The translations under genes were made by a program, and so were the position numbers. Below, one piece after another: positions 1-9,304 of a stretch of 38,338 nucleotides of DNA; the stretch's first letter is position 1, and every line of letters starts with the position of its first letter. The stretch spans positions 1-38,338 of IMG/VR virus record IMGVR_UViG_3300034102_001942; one strand, given 5' to 3'. Below the pieces are notes generated by a model, which saw nothing but the letters and a program-made list of their open reading frames with translations, did not search any database and was not told where the DNA came from. This stretch comes from a virus (Duplodnaviria > Caudoviricetes).

Positions 1-105
1 GTAGATAAACTTGAAATACCCTTAGCGGCTGCGGACACTATGTCTGTGACCGCCCGAGCCAAGAGAGCCGTTGATGTGAGTGATGGAGGTGGTGGTAATG
101 GGTAA
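1..105 (+). CDS. C-terminal end of a probable minor tail protein (partial)
   Basis: Frame open from base 1 to TAA at 103-105 (VDKLEIPLAAADTMSVTARAKR...), overlapping the ATG at 98; tail call is from context. Confidence 0.5.
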   Translation, partial: VDKLEIPLAAADTMSVTARAKRAVDVSDGGGGNG

Positions 106-787
106 CTCAGTTGATGCCCTTGCCGATGTTCTAACTCCTTCTAATCCTTCCGTCAACTGGCGACAAGTTGTGGTAGTCAGTGTTGACTCGGCTTACAGCA
201 TCACAGCACAGTACCCAGGTTCTACTTCAACAGTTGCCGGTATCAAGTATTTTTCGCATGTGAACCCTAAAGTTGGGGCATCCGTTTGGTTGGCAAAACT
301 TGGTGACACGGATTGGATTGCGGTTGGTACTGTTGCTAGTCAGGCTGGTACACCTTTTGCCCGTATCCGCTCAACTAACAACCAATCCCTAACAACTAGC
401 GTTCTTTTAGATGTTATTTTGGATACCGTTGTGTATGACCCTTGGTCAATGATTTACAACTCCGGTGGGTTGTATGGTTTGCGGGTTCCGTTGACTGGTT
501 TGTGGGATGTCTCTGGTCAGGTTCAACTTACTGGAACCAACTTCACGGGCGCTACTAGGCGTGCTTTCATCCGTTCTGACAGTTCTGGGACGCAAACTAC
601 TTGGGCTCTAAACCAAGTTCCACCGCCATCTATTGGTTCTTTTTCGGTGAACATAAACATCGCTACCACTGTTTCTTTGTTGGAAAATGATGTCATTTTG
701 CTTACATGTTCCGCTGACTTTACGGGCTCTGTGACAACTATTACAACTGGTTCTTGGCTTACTGCCAAATACGCTGGGGCTGTGTGA
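98..787 (+). CDS. Minor tail/spike protein with C-terminal C1q/TNF-like beta domain
   Basis: GGAGG upstream of ATG 98; beta-rich; C-terminal pattern VPLTGLWDVSGQV...VSLLENDVILL resembles C1q-like tail domains. Confidence 0.55.
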   Translation: MGNSVDALADVLTPSNPSVNWRQVVVVSVDSAYSITAQYPGSTSTVAGIKYFSHVNPKVGASVWLAKLGDTDWIAVGTVASQAGTPFARIRSTNNQSLTTSVLLDVILDTVVYDPWSMIYNSGGLYGLRVPLTGLWDVSGQVQLTGTNFTGATRRAFIRSDSSGTQTTWALNQVPPPSIGSFSVNINIATTVSLLENDVILLTCSADFTGSVTTITTGSWLTAKYAGAV

Positions 788-1272
788 TGTTTGACTACGC
801 TCCTGTTGCTAACGGTTTGATTATTAGTCTCAGTGTTCCTTTGGTTATTTTGTCTGCCCGAAGTTTGTGGAAATCTTACGAGAAGCGCCAGAACAACCAG
901 CAGATGTTTCATAAAATGCTTTCCGCTTTTATGGGCACTGATGATGACCCCATTTCTGGGCAGAAAGGTGAAGAGGGGATTTTTCAGCAGTTGCAAGACA
1001 TCCATACACGCATCGGTTCCAACGGGGGCTCAACTTTGTTTGAGAACTTGGCGATAACACAGGAACAGGTTTCCCGTTTGCATGAGGAGCAAAAAGTGGC
1101 TGGTGTTATTCGTAAGGAAATGGCTGACCAGATTGACAGGGTTGAGTGGCGGGTGGAGCAGGTTTTGGCTGACCTTGAAAGGGAGCGAAACTTGACTCGT
1201 TCAGTTATTGACGCCCTCAACGAAAATGGCATTGTGGTGGATTTTGGGGCTCATGGAACTGACCAAACCTGA
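787..1272 (+). CDS. Membrane-anchored coiled-coil protein
   Basis: ATG overlaps previous TGA; one N-terminal hydrophobic helix (GLIISLSVPLVILSA), then NGGST and coiled coil. Confidence 0.6.
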   Translation: MFDYAPVANGLIISLSVPLVILSARSLWKSYEKRQNNQQMFHKMLSAFMGTDDDPISGQKGEEGIFQQLQDIHTRIGSNGGSTLFENLAITQEQVSRLHEEQKVAGVIRKEMADQIDRVEWRVEQVLADLERERNLTRSVIDALNENGIVVDFGAHGTDQT

Positions 1273-1284
1273 TAGCATTTTGGC

Positions 1285-1593
1285 ATGACTGAGACCCCTG
1301 ATGTAACGAAGCAGACCGCTAAGAAGACCGCCCCAGCCAAGAAGACGGCTGAAGTCAAGCCTGCTCCTAAGCCTGCTCCTCCAACGCGCCCCAACTTAGA
1401 AGATGGCGCTCGGGGTATTCACGTTGTTTTTCTGGAGACGTTGTTGCAGGCCCGTGGTTTGTATGAGCGCTCCAACACCAGTGGTATGTATGGCACAACT
1501 TTGATGAAGTCTGTGCGTAAGGCTCAGTCTCAGGCTGGGATGAAGATTACTGGAAAGGTTGACCAAGCCTTGTGGGCTTGGTTACAGAAGTAG
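1285..1593 (+). CDS. Peptidoglycan-binding domain protein (PG_binding_1-like)
   Basis: K/A/P-rich N-terminus, then G..V..L..LL..RG......G.YG......VRKAQ...GM..TGKVD...W. Confidence 0.75.
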   Translation: MTETPDVTKQTAKKTAPAKKTAEVKPAPKPAPPTRPNLEDGARGIHVVFLETLLQARGLYERSNTSGMYGTTLMKSVRKAQSQAGMKITGKVDQALWAWLQK

Positions 1594-1663
1594 AACTGGG
1601 CGCGTTGTTCCTGCGCTAAGGTTGTGTTGCGGTTGGTCACCGCATGGGTAACTCCCTTCGGTG

Positions 1664-1700
1664 AAGGGGGGGTGTTGTAATCCAGCGCCCCCCCTTTGCT
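1664..1700 (+). terminator. Probable intrinsic terminator hairpin
   Basis: AAGGGGGGGTGTTG (1664-1677) pairs with CAGCGCCCCCCCTT (1683-1696), including 2 G-U pairs; lies between the tail module and the next promoter box. Confidence 0.6.
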
Positions 1701-1705
1701 TATTC

Positions 1706-1726
1706 CTAACTAAGGTGTGCTAGTCT
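1706..1726 (+). promoter_or_regulatory. Repeated promoter box copy
   Basis: CTAACTAAGGTGTGCTAGTCT. Confidence 0.7.
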
Positions 1727-1758
1727 TCCTTTTGACCGTTTCTATCTGGGGAGAACCT

Positions 1759-2286
1759 ATGAACAAAGAACAAGCCAAAGCCCTGCGTGAACCCTTTCCT
1801 GCCGAAGTAATCGGGAAACTGCCTAAGGCTGGGGTGTTGCTTGACTACGTTGGGCACGCCGCCACGACTGACCGCCTTCTCCAAGTTGACCCTGACTGGA
1901 CTTGGGAACCGTTTGCCCTTGACCACCTCGGCCTCCCAGCCGTGGACGAGCGGGGCAATCTTTGGATTAGGTTGACCGTGTGTGGCGTCACCCGCATCGG
2001 TGTTGGGGATGGCAAAAACCCCAAGGAACTTATTTCTGACGCCCTTCGTAACGGTGCTATGAGGTTTGGTGTGGCCCTTGACCTGTGGTCTAAAGAAGAC
2101 CTGTCAGCCGTACACGCCCAAGCCGATTACTTGAAGTTGGTTGCGGACTTGCCGAGCATTACCGACTTAGACGTACTCAGAGGGCTCTACAACGAAGCAA
2201 ACCGCCAAGGGTGGACGGATGACCTTCATGCAATCCAAGAGCGTGCAGAGGCCGTCAAGAGCGCTCAGAACCCATCATCTAAATAG
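1759..2286 (+). CDS. Rad52/Sak-like single-strand annealing protein
   Basis: L.EPFP....KLPK....LDYVGHA..TDRL..VDP.W.WEP...LTVCGVTR.GVGD....KE.ISDALRN.AMRFGV.LDLW pattern. Confidence 0.75.
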   Translation: MNKEQAKALREPFPAEVIGKLPKAGVLLDYVGHAATTDRLLQVDPDWTWEPFALDHLGLPAVDERGNLWIRLTVCGVTRIGVGDGKNPKELISDALRNGAMRFGVALDLWSKEDLSAVHAQADYLKLVADLPSITDLDVLRGLYNEANRQGWTDDLHAIQERAEAVKSAQNPSSK

Positions 2287-2386
2287 TGGTGTAGGGTTCG
2301 CTGGCTGGTTGAACCAGTATCGGGCAGTTACCTGACCGCCCCCACCGATTGAGGCTGGGGGAAGATTGTTTCCTTGGGAGTACCCC

Positions 2387-3106
2387 ATGTCGCACGTTGA
2401 GTCTGATTTGTATTTTGCCATCATCCCTGAGTGGGTGTTGTTTTCCGACATTTCTCCGATGGCTGTGAGGCTGTACGCGGTGTTGGCACGCCGAGCCAAC
2501 AGCACTGACCGTACCTGTTATCCGAGCCGGAAGACTTTGGCTAACGACCTGAAGGTTCGCTCGCCCCGAACTGTGGACGGTGCTGTGGACGAACTTGTGG
2601 AAATAGGGGCGCTTTCCGTTACTGGACGGGCCACGGACAGGGGAGACCAGACCTCCAACTTGTACCGCTTGGTCGTTGTACCCCCTAGCAAAATAGTGCT
2701 AGACCCCTCGCAAGATACTGCTAGACCCCCCTCGCAATCTCCTGCTCACGAACCAGAGCCATTTCTAACTAGAGCCATTGAAGATAAAGAAGCAGTTGTA
2801 TTGGCTGTTGCTTTCGGATTTGATGATTTTTGGGCTACATACCCAAGGCGTCAAGGAAAACGAGCAGCGATGAAGGCTTACCAAGGGGCTGTGTTGCGAG
2901 CCACTGAAAGTGAAATCCTCAATGGAGCGCAACGCTTCGCCCAAGACCCGAACCGCTCAGACCAGTTCACACCACACCCAGCGACTTGGTTGAACCAAGA
3001 CCGCTGGTTGGATGACCCACTACCAGCCAAAGAGCGCAAAATCTCTGGCACAGCCATGTATCTTCAATCTACTGACCCTTTCGCCCCATTGGAACTTGAA
3101 CGATGA
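2387..3106 (+). CDS. Replication initiator protein (N-terminal HTH)
   Basis: RLYAVL...CYPSRKTLA.DL....RTVD.A..EL...G...SNLY HTH; C-terminal FDDFW..YPR+.GK..A...PHPATWLNQ.RW.D; internal iterons. Confidence 0.8.
   Translation: MSHVESDLYFAIIPEWVLFSDISPMAVRLYAVLARRANSTDRTCYPSRKTLANDLKVRSPRTVDGAVDELVEIGALSVTGRATDRGDQTSNLYRLVVVPPSKIVLDPSQDTARPPSQSPAHEPEPFLTRAIEDKEAVVLAVAFGFDDFWATYPRRQGKRAAMKAYQGAVLRATESEILNGAQRFAQDPNRSDQFTPHPATWLNQDRWLDDPLPAKERKISGTAMYLQSTDPFAPLELER
2682..2749 (+). repeat. Three 22-bp iteron-like direct repeats (putative origin)
   Basis: CCCCTAGCAAAATAGTGCTAGA / CCCCTCGCAAGATACTGCTAGA / CCCCTCGCAATCTCCTGCTCAC. Confidence 0.65.
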
Positions 3107-3456
3107 CACCTGATGAAGCCTCGCTACTTTTGGCTGTTGCCTCAGCCTTTGACTACCGTATGACACCACCCAGTGTTGACGATGCTCGCATTAGGGCCCG
3201 CGCTTGGTCAGAAGTTTTGGATGACGATTTAGATTTCCAAGACGCCCGACAACTTGTGATGCGCCACTACGCGGAGAACGATGAGTCCATGACCCCAGCC
3301 CGCTTGAACCGCTCGTGGCGACTGCTCCGCAAAAAGCGCAAGGACGAAGCAACTCAGGAGCGCAACCGTTTGCGGGAGATTGAAGCCGACTTGGTTGCCT
3401 CACCGATGCCCGATGAAGTTCGGGATTTGTTGCGCCAACTAGGGATGGAAAAGTGA
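3103..3456 (+). CDS. Putative helicase loader/inhibitor (G39P-like)
   Basis: MT.DE...LL......D.R...AW..VL......DA...V..HY; ATGA-coupled to the initiator. Confidence 0.55.
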   Translation: MTPDEASLLLAVASAFDYRMTPPSVDDARIRARAWSEVLDDDLDFQDARQLVMRHYAENDESMTPARLNRSWRLLRKKRKDEATQERNRLREIEADLVASPMPDEVRDLLRQLGMEK

Positions 3457-3620
3457 AGTGGGTAGGGTTCGCCAACCAACTGCACCTGTTTGACCGCTCC
3501 ACAACGCAGTACCCCATTTGTGGGGTTGATGGCTATTTCACGACATCTAAAACCTCCAAAGTTCCTTGCTCCTCGTGTGTCTCGGCCTTGTTCACGTTGT
3601 TGTCGCAGGCAGTGAAGTGA
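3453..3620 (+). CDS. Small Cys-containing protein (55 aa)
   Basis: Not in ORF track; GTGA overlaps at both ends; MKWVGFANQLHLF...ICG...CSSC. Confidence 0.5.
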   Translation: MKWVGFANQLHLFDRSTTQYPICGVDGYFTTSKTSKVPCSSCVSALFTLLSQAVK

Positions 3621-3937
3621 AACGCTCGCCCATCAAGAAAGTCTCTGACAAGCGCAGGGCAATCATGGTGGAGCGAAGGAAACTGGTGGCTCGGCTACTC
3701 ATGGAGCGCCCTTGGTGTGAGTGCTGTGATGTGACCCCAGTTGGGGTGAACCCGCCCCGAAGGTCAGTTGATTTGCATGAACTGGTGAACCGCTCACAAG
3801 GCGGGGACATTTTGGATGAGTCCATCATCATGTGCATCTGTCGCCAGTGCCACTCGTGGATTACCACTCACCCAACCCTTGCTAGGGAGTTGGGTTTGCA
3901 CATGAAAAGTTGGGAATACAAAACAAACCCAAGTTAG
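3617..3937 (+). CDS. HNH endonuclease-like protein
   Basis: CECC...DLHE...RSQGG...CRQCH.WI..HP. Confidence 0.75.
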   Translation: MKRSPIKKVSDKRRAIMVERRKLVARLLMERPWCECCDVTPVGVNPPRRSVDLHELVNRSQGGDILDESIIMCICRQCHSWITTHPTLARELGLHMKSWEYKTNPS

Positions 3938-3951
3938 TGTATGCTGTTGGC

Positions 3952-4185
3952 ATGAAAACGATTATTCATGTCAACCAACATGTCATCAAAAAGAACGCCA
4001 AAGACTCGGAGAACAACCCAGTCCTGACGGTGAAGACGTACAAAGAAAACCGATACGCCCACGAGGTGGAAATCCTTGACGAGGCTGGGAACATCATCGC
4101 AACCATTGTGTACCGCCCCGAAAAACCATTGTCTTGTGGCGCTCGGGTCTGGATTGAAACAAAGAACGAGGTAATCATCAGATGA
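3952..4185 (+). CDS. Phage hypothetical protein
   Basis: IHVNQH.I..N.K...PV.TVK...KPLSCGARVWIET; TATGCT-N6-ATG upstream. Confidence 0.65.
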   Translation: MKTIIHVNQHVIKKNAKDSENNPVLTVKTYKENRYAHEVEILDEAGNIIATIVYRPEKPLSCGARVWIETKNEVIIR

Positions 4186-4625
4186 ACGGCTTGTACCCCT
4201 ACGCTGGAACCAGTGGTTGGTCTGGGAGTCAAACTTCCCTGCTCAGGGCCCTTGACGAAGACGCAAGTGGTGAGACCGCTGGTCGCCAACGCACCGCCCT
4301 TGATGACCTCGTTCAGTCTGGTAGCCGCGGGTTGACATGGAAAGAACTCGGTGACAAGCACGGCTGGCACCACGGAAAATCTTCGGGCGTCCTATCGGTG
4401 TTGCACAAGGAAGGTCGCATCGCAAGGCTGACCCTGCAACGAGACCGTTGTGCTGTCTATGTCATGCCAAACAACTTGGAAGGGCGCCCCACTTCAGCGC
4501 ATAGGTCAACCCAAGCATCCAAAGACAAACTGGTCGTGGAGCAGTTGCGTGGCTTGGCTGAAAAATACGTTGGTGACCTGTATGTTCCAATGAACGAAAT
4601 CCTAGACATCATTGAGAGGTCTTAG
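4182..4625 (+). CDS. Putative winged-helix DNA-binding protein
   Basis: GLTWKEL....GWHHG..SG.LS.LH+.GRI.RL; ATGA-coupled. Confidence 0.55.
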   Translation: MNGLYPYAGTSGWSGSQTSLLRALDEDASGETAGRQRTALDDLVQSGSRGLTWKELGDKHGWHHGKSSGVLSVLHKEGRIARLTLQRDRCAVYVMPNNLEGRPTSAHRSTQASKDKLVVEQLRGLAEKYVGDLYVPMNEILDIIERS

Positions 4626-4861
4626 TGCTAACCGGAAAAATCGCTGAAACGGACAAGGGTAAGGAAATCAACGACCTGAAACCGTCCGTGAAGATTGTCA
4701 AAGACCCCCCGCCCACTCGGGAAATCCAAAACATTGACAAGGCTGGGAACCTCAAAACGGTCACGGAAACTGTGACCCGCGCAACGATGCGCCCCCGCTA
4801 CACACGAACCATGGTGCTGAGGTCTCACTCTCGTACTTGGTGGCGTAAGATTTCTTCCTAA
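4625..4861 (+). CDS. Hypothetical basic protein
   Basis: Start overlaps previous stop; SD GAGAGG. Confidence 0.45.
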   Translation: MLTGKIAETDKGKEINDLKPSVKIVKDPPPTREIQNIDKAGNLKTVTETVTRATMRPRYTRTMVLRSHSRTWWRKISS

Positions 4862-4884
4862 CCACAGTGACCTAGGAGTCCAAG

Positions 4885-5112
4885 TTGTCAACCGAAAATG
4901 ACCTCGCTAAAGCCCGACTAATCACGCAAATGATTAGGCAACACAACACCTCAATCCAAGAGTTGTTGGAGAAGCGCCGTGCGCTCGCCCTAAAGATGCG
5001 TGAAAACGGTGTCACCTACTCAACCATGGCCCAAGCCTTAGAGGTGTCCGAAACAATGGTCTTCAAGATTTTGGCTGGAGACGAAGGACGAGTACCACCT
5101 AAGTTGGCGTGA
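4885..5112 (+). CDS. Small HTH DNA-binding protein
   Basis: GVTYSTMAQALEVSETMVFKIL HTH; AGGAG SD before TTG. Confidence 0.65.
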   Translation: MSTENDLAKARLITQMIRQHNTSIQELLEKRRALALKMRENGVTYSTMAQALEVSETMVFKILAGDEGRVPPKLA

Positions 5113-5114
5113 GC

Positions 5115-6284
5115 ATGAGCCTGATTGAAAAGGTAGCCCTAAAAAAACTGAAGCCCCACCCATCTAACGCACGGCTCGGTGACGTTGACGCTATTGCCGA
5201 AAGCCTGTCCAAGCACGGTCAGTACCGCCCCATCGTTGCCAGTGTAAAAACTCGGCATGTCCTTGCTGGTCACCATGTCTTGCAAGCGGCAACGAAACTT
5301 GGGTGGACTGAACTGGAAGTCTCTTGGGTTGACGTTGATGCACAGGGCGAACTAAAAATCCTGCTCGCAGATAACCGAACTTCGGATTTGGCTTCGTACA
5401 ACGAGCCCCTACTCCAAGACCTACTTGGAAGTTTGGACAGTTTGGAAGGCTCAGGTTTCACTGAGGCCGACAAAGTTGAACTTGACCGCATGATTGAGGA
5501 AGGCTTCACGGATGCCCCGTTGCCAAACCCAGAACCAAACACAGACGAGAAAAAAATCAAAGTCAGCATCGCCCACCACAAGTTCGTCATCCAAGAAAGA
5601 CCGTATGCGCTGTGGCGTGAAGGCGTCATCATCCAAGCCGGTGCATTGAAACTAACGCCCCAAAAATACTTGCGTTCCTGTTTGATGCTCCCCGAGATAA
5701 AGCCAGTGGAAAAGCAATCGCCCCCAGAAATCTTCCACTCCACCCAAAGTGTGCGTTTGTCTGAACTGCGTGTGTACCCCGACAACCCTCGGGAAGGCGA
5801 CATTGGTGCCATCAGCGAGTCGTTGCGCGTCAACGGGCAATACCGCCCCATCGTGGTGAACAAGAAAAACAACCAAGTCCTCGTTGGAAACCACACGTTC
5901 ATGGCTGCCAAGGCTTTGGGCTGGGAGGAAATGTCCGCAACTTTTGTTGATGTTGACGAAGAGGAGGCCCGCAAAATCGTGTTGGTGGACAATCGCACCT
6001 CAGACTTGGGGCGCTATTCCGATGATGGTTTGCGAGCGCTACTGAAACAAGTCAACTCCTACGAGGGAACAGGTTTCACACCTGAAGACGTTGCTGACTT
6101 GATGGACGGAGCCCGAGGCAAACCAAGTTACCCAGTTGGTCGCAGTACGGCTCGTATTGGTGAGTGGAGTATCCGAGTCAGTGCCGAGGAGATGGCACAG
6201 TGGTTGGACATTGGCTACAAAACAAATGAGGTCATCGGTTTGCTTGGCTTGTCTGTGTTAGATTGTGAGATGGAGGACTACTAA
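5115..6284 (+). CDS. Tandem ParB/Sulfiredoxin-like domain protein
   Basis: Two copies of P.N.R.GD..AI.ESL...GQYRPIV......VL.G.H...AA..LGW...DNRTSDL. Confidence 0.85.
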   Translation: MSLIEKVALKKLKPHPSNARLGDVDAIAESLSKHGQYRPIVASVKTRHVLAGHHVLQAATKLGWTELEVSWVDVDAQGELKILLADNRTSDLASYNEPLLQDLLGSLDSLEGSGFTEADKVELDRMIEEGFTDAPLPNPEPNTDEKKIKVSIAHHKFVIQERPYALWREGVIIQAGALKLTPQKYLRSCLMLPEIKPVEKQSPPEIFHSTQSVRLSELRVYPDNPREGDIGAISESLRVNGQYRPIVVNKKNNQVLVGNHTFMAAKALGWEEMSATFVDVDEEEARKIVLVDNRTSDLGRYSDDGLRALLKQVNSYEGTGFTPEDVADLMDGARGKPSYPVGRSTARIGEWSIRVSAEEMAQWLDIGYKTNEVIGLLGLSVLDCEMEDY

Positions 6285-6748
6285 TGGGCGCCCGAACTAA
6301 ACTCACACCCGAACGAGTCGCACGACTGGTTGAGGCTCTTGAAGCCGGTAACTATGACGAGTCGGCTGCTCGCTACGCCGGTATTTCGCGCTCTATTTAT
6401 TACGCTTGGCTTGCCCGTGGACGCAAAGAACGTGACCGCCTCACAGGAGACGAAAAGGCTCGCCCCCTAAAATCGGAAGAACCGTTCCTTGATTTCTTGG
6501 ACAAGGTTGAAGAGGCAATCGCTAAGGCCGAGGTCAGGAACGTAGCAATCATCCAGAAGGCTGGGAACACGACTTGGCAAGCCTCGGCTTGGTGGCTGGA
6601 ACGCAAAATGCCCAACAAGTGGGGTCGCCACGACAAACAAGAACTCGTGGGTGATGGTGGGGGCGCTATCGCAATCAACATTTCCACTGATGACCTTGAA
6701 GCGAAGGTAGAGCAGGTGTTGTCCAAGAGGAACACACCAAGTGAGTGA
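6284..6748 (+). CDS. terS: Terminase small subunit
   Basis: KLTPE...AARYAGISRS.YY.W...WQASAWWLER+.P..WG; directly upstream of TerL. Confidence 0.8.
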   Translation: MGARTKLTPERVARLVEALEAGNYDESAARYAGISRSIYYAWLARGRKERDRLTGDEKARPLKSEEPFLDFLDKVEEAIAKAEVRNVAIIQKAGNTTWQASAWWLERKMPNKWGRHDKQELVGDGGGAIAINISTDDLEAKVEQVLSKRNTPSE

Positions 6749-8351
6749 GCGCCTAGTTGACCGCATCTTGCTGGCTTCACCACAGGAGCGCCGGTCAATC
6801 TATGCACTGATGACGCCCGAGGAACAAGTCGGACTTGCACAAATCCTTGACTCCGAGATTGACAACCCGTGGGCTCGTTTCGCTGATGACCCTGTTGCTT
6901 TTATTGAGGAAGGCTTGGGGGAGGTGTTGTGGTCTAAGCAACGCGAAATCTTAGAGTCCGTTCGGGTCAACAAACGAACAGTTGTCCCAGCGTGCCACGC
7001 CCCCGGTAAGTCCCACCTTGCCGCCCGCGCTGTTGCTTGGTGGATTAGTTCACACCCACCCGGCACGGCTATCGCCGTCACGACTGCAACCACTCACCGC
7101 CAAGTGCGAAACATTTTGTGGAGCCAAATCCGTAAGGTCGCTGCGAACCACAACCTACCGGGCGAGTGCCTGACCGTGCAGTGGAAGTTGCAGGGAACGG
7201 TCGCGGCTTATGGGTTCAGTCCCGCGGCTCACGATGAGACCGCTGTGCAGGGTATCCACGCGCCCCACTTGCTGGTAGTTGTTGACGAGGCTGGTGGTTT
7301 GTCCGACTTGATTGGTGGGGCCCTTGAAGCGTTGATGACTGGTGGTCACACGCGCCTGCTCGTGCTGGGTAACCCCCCAACTGACCAAGAGGACACTTGG
7401 TTTGAGCGCATCTGCTCCTCCCCGCTTTACAACATCATCCCCATTTCTGCCTATGACACCCCAAACTTTACGGGGGAAAAAACTGGTTGGTGTACGTCTT
7501 GTCCGCCCCACGTTGACCGCCACCAAATCTCTTCACACCTTGTTGACGAAGAGTGGGTCAACGATGTCATTACCGAGTTCGGTGAGGACTCGCCCTTCAT
7601 TGAGGCCCGTGTTTTCGCCAAGTTCCCGAGGGCAACTGCAAACAAGGTCATCCCATTTGGGTGGTGTGAGAAGGCTGGGGATAACGAAGAACCAGTTGTC
7701 TCTGACCAAATCAAGTTGGGCATTGACGTTGCATCCGATGGTGGGGACGAGTTCGTCATCGCCCGTTCTGAGGGCTTCACGGCTTCAATCATCCACCGCT
7801 CTTCTGGGGCTGTGAACCAAAACGCTGTTGACGTTTGTGGTGTTGCCCTTGGTTTCATCAAAACGGCGTGCAAAGACCAAAGTAAACTGAACCCCGCTAA
7901 GAAGGCTCGGGTCAAGGTGGACGTGGTTGGTGTTGGTTGGGGTGTGGTGTCGTTGCTGAAGAAGTGGGGAGAAGAGGGGAAGCATGATGCGGAGATTGTT
8001 GGGGTGAACGTGTCTGAGCGGGCCATTGACGGCAATAAGTTTATGAACAAGCGAGCGGAAATGTGGTGGAACGGTCGGACTTTGCTTCAGCCTCGCCCCG
8101 ATGGTTCGCAGGACGCCAAGTTGTTGGTTGACCGCAAGGTGATGGCCCAGTTGGCTACACCAACTTTTGGTAGCGATGGTTCGGGGCGTATCCAGATTGA
8201 GAAGAAGTCTGCGATGAAGCGTAGGGGTATGAGTTCGCCTGACCGCGCTGAGGCTGTCTTACTGGCGTGGTATGAACCTAAGGGTGCAGGCGCCCCTGTT
8301 GTTGCTCCGATTGGGTTGACACAGGCAAATCCTTGGAGTGGCGTCTTCTAG
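6741..8351 (+). CDS. terL: Terminase large subunit
   Basis: Walker A ACHAPGKS, Walker B VVVDEA, coupling motif GNP, nuclease GIDVA...D and SPDRAEA. Confidence 0.93.
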   Translation: MSERLVDRILLASPQERRSIYALMTPEEQVGLAQILDSEIDNPWARFADDPVAFIEEGLGEVLWSKQREILESVRVNKRTVVPACHAPGKSHLAARAVAWWISSHPPGTAIAVTTATTHRQVRNILWSQIRKVAANHNLPGECLTVQWKLQGTVAAYGFSPAAHDETAVQGIHAPHLLVVVDEAGGLSDLIGGALEALMTGGHTRLLVLGNPPTDQEDTWFERICSSPLYNIIPISAYDTPNFTGEKTGWCTSCPPHVDRHQISSHLVDEEWVNDVITEFGEDSPFIEARVFAKFPRATANKVIPFGWCEKAGDNEEPVVSDQIKLGIDVASDGGDEFVIARSEGFTASIIHRSSGAVNQNAVDVCGVALGFIKTACKDQSKLNPAKKARVKVDVVGVGWGVVSLLKKWGEEGKHDAEIVGVNVSERAIDGNKFMNKRAEMWWNGRTLLQPRPDGSQDAKLLVDRKVMAQLATPTFGSDGSGRIQIEKKSAMKRRGMSSPDRAEAVLLAWYEPKGAGAPVVAPIGLTQANPWSGVF

Positions 8352-8354
8352 TCA

Positions 8355-8375
8355 CTAACTGGGGTGTGGTATGGT
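8355..8375 (+). promoter_or_regulatory. Repeated promoter box copy
   Basis: CTAACTGGGGTGTGGTATGGT followed by SD GAAAGGGAGGG. Confidence 0.7.
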
Positions 8376-8399
8376 TTGGTCAATGAAAGGGAGGGCAAC

Positions 8400-8918
8400 A
8401 TGCCTAATGTAAAAATCGTTCAGGGCTACGGTGGCTCAGACTACAAGAGAGTCATTGAATACACCCCAGCCGAGAAAATGGTCATTGAGGCCCGCGAGCG
8501 GGCGGAACTCCTCACGCGCCAAGCCAAGTACCACGTTCAACAGATTTTGTTGACTGCTGGGCAAGAAGCGTGGATGAAAGACCGTGACGAGGATGGTTTC
8601 GGCGCTGGTAACACCGCAACTGCACAGCGAGCGATTGAGCAGGCGTGGGATACTTGGCACTTGTGTCAACGGGAGTGCCCCACGGTTGACGAGGCTGAGC
8701 CGGAAGAGGTTGAGCCACGATACGGGCAACTGTCGCACACATACTTTGAGAGTGATGACGTGGAACTGTTTGTCACTGGGGATGTTGATTTCAAGCAGGA
8801 TGCCCCGAGGTATTTCATCAAGCGTTTCAGTGTGGCTGATGCTGAGACCACGGTTGTGAGCGAGCATGGAAGCCTTGAAGATGCTCTGGTCGTGCTGGGT
8901 GGACTGCTCCAAAAGTAG
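8400..8918 (+). CDS. Hypothetical protein
   Basis: Promoter box and strong SD before ATG 8400. Confidence 0.65.
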   Translation: MPNVKIVQGYGGSDYKRVIEYTPAEKMVIEARERAELLTRQAKYHVQQILLTAGQEAWMKDRDEDGFGAGNTATAQRAIEQAWDTWHLCQRECPTVDEAEPEEVEPRYGQLSHTYFESDDVELFVTGDVDFKQDAPRYFIKRFSVADAETTVVSEHGSLEDALVVLGGLLQK

Positions 8919-8936
8919 CCCCCCCCCGTCTGACAC

Positions 8937-8957
8937 CTAACCACGGTGTGCTATCCT
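8937..8957 (+). promoter_or_regulatory. Repeated promoter box copy
   Basis: CTAACCACGGTGTGCTATCCT. Confidence 0.75.
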
Positions 8958-8982
8958 GTGGTTGTAAGGGAGAGGGAGGTGC

Positions 8983-9237
8983 ATGATGAAAAAAGTTTTT
9001 GTCAACACGAAGCCGATTGTGGCTTCAATCAAACAACACTCATTTGTGGGTGGAGTGGTAGAGACCACTTCCAGCGCTGTCCTGCCTTGGGAAGCGGGCA
9101 CCAAATGGGTTGTCGCCTCGGGTAGCCCCCATGGCAAGGGGTTTGTTGTGGCCCGAGTGCTGGGTAAGTCTTGGACTGCCAGTGTCCCAGTGACCGAGTT
9201 CCAAGAAGCCTTTTGGTGGGAGACCGGCTCCAAATGA
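8983..9237 (+). CDS. Hypothetical protein
   Basis: Box plus SD GGGAGGT. Confidence 0.6.
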   Translation: MMKKVFVNTKPIVASIKQHSFVGGVVETTSSAVLPWEAGTKWVVASGSPHGKGFVVARVLGKSWTASVPVTEFQEAFWWETGSK

Positions 9238-9253
9238 GCGCCCCATCTAATAC

Positions 9254-9274
9254 CTAACCACGGTGTGCTATGCT
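9254..9274 (+). promoter_or_regulatory. Repeated promoter box copy
   Basis: CTAACCACGGTGTGCTATGCT. Confidence 0.75.
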
Positions 9275-9304
9275 TACACCGTAAGGCAAGGGAAGGGAAA
9301 CAAA

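Noticed and set aside
2291-3472. GTAGGGTTCGC repeated at 2291 and 3462
   Set aside because: Only two 11-nt copies, one inside a probable CDS; may be chance
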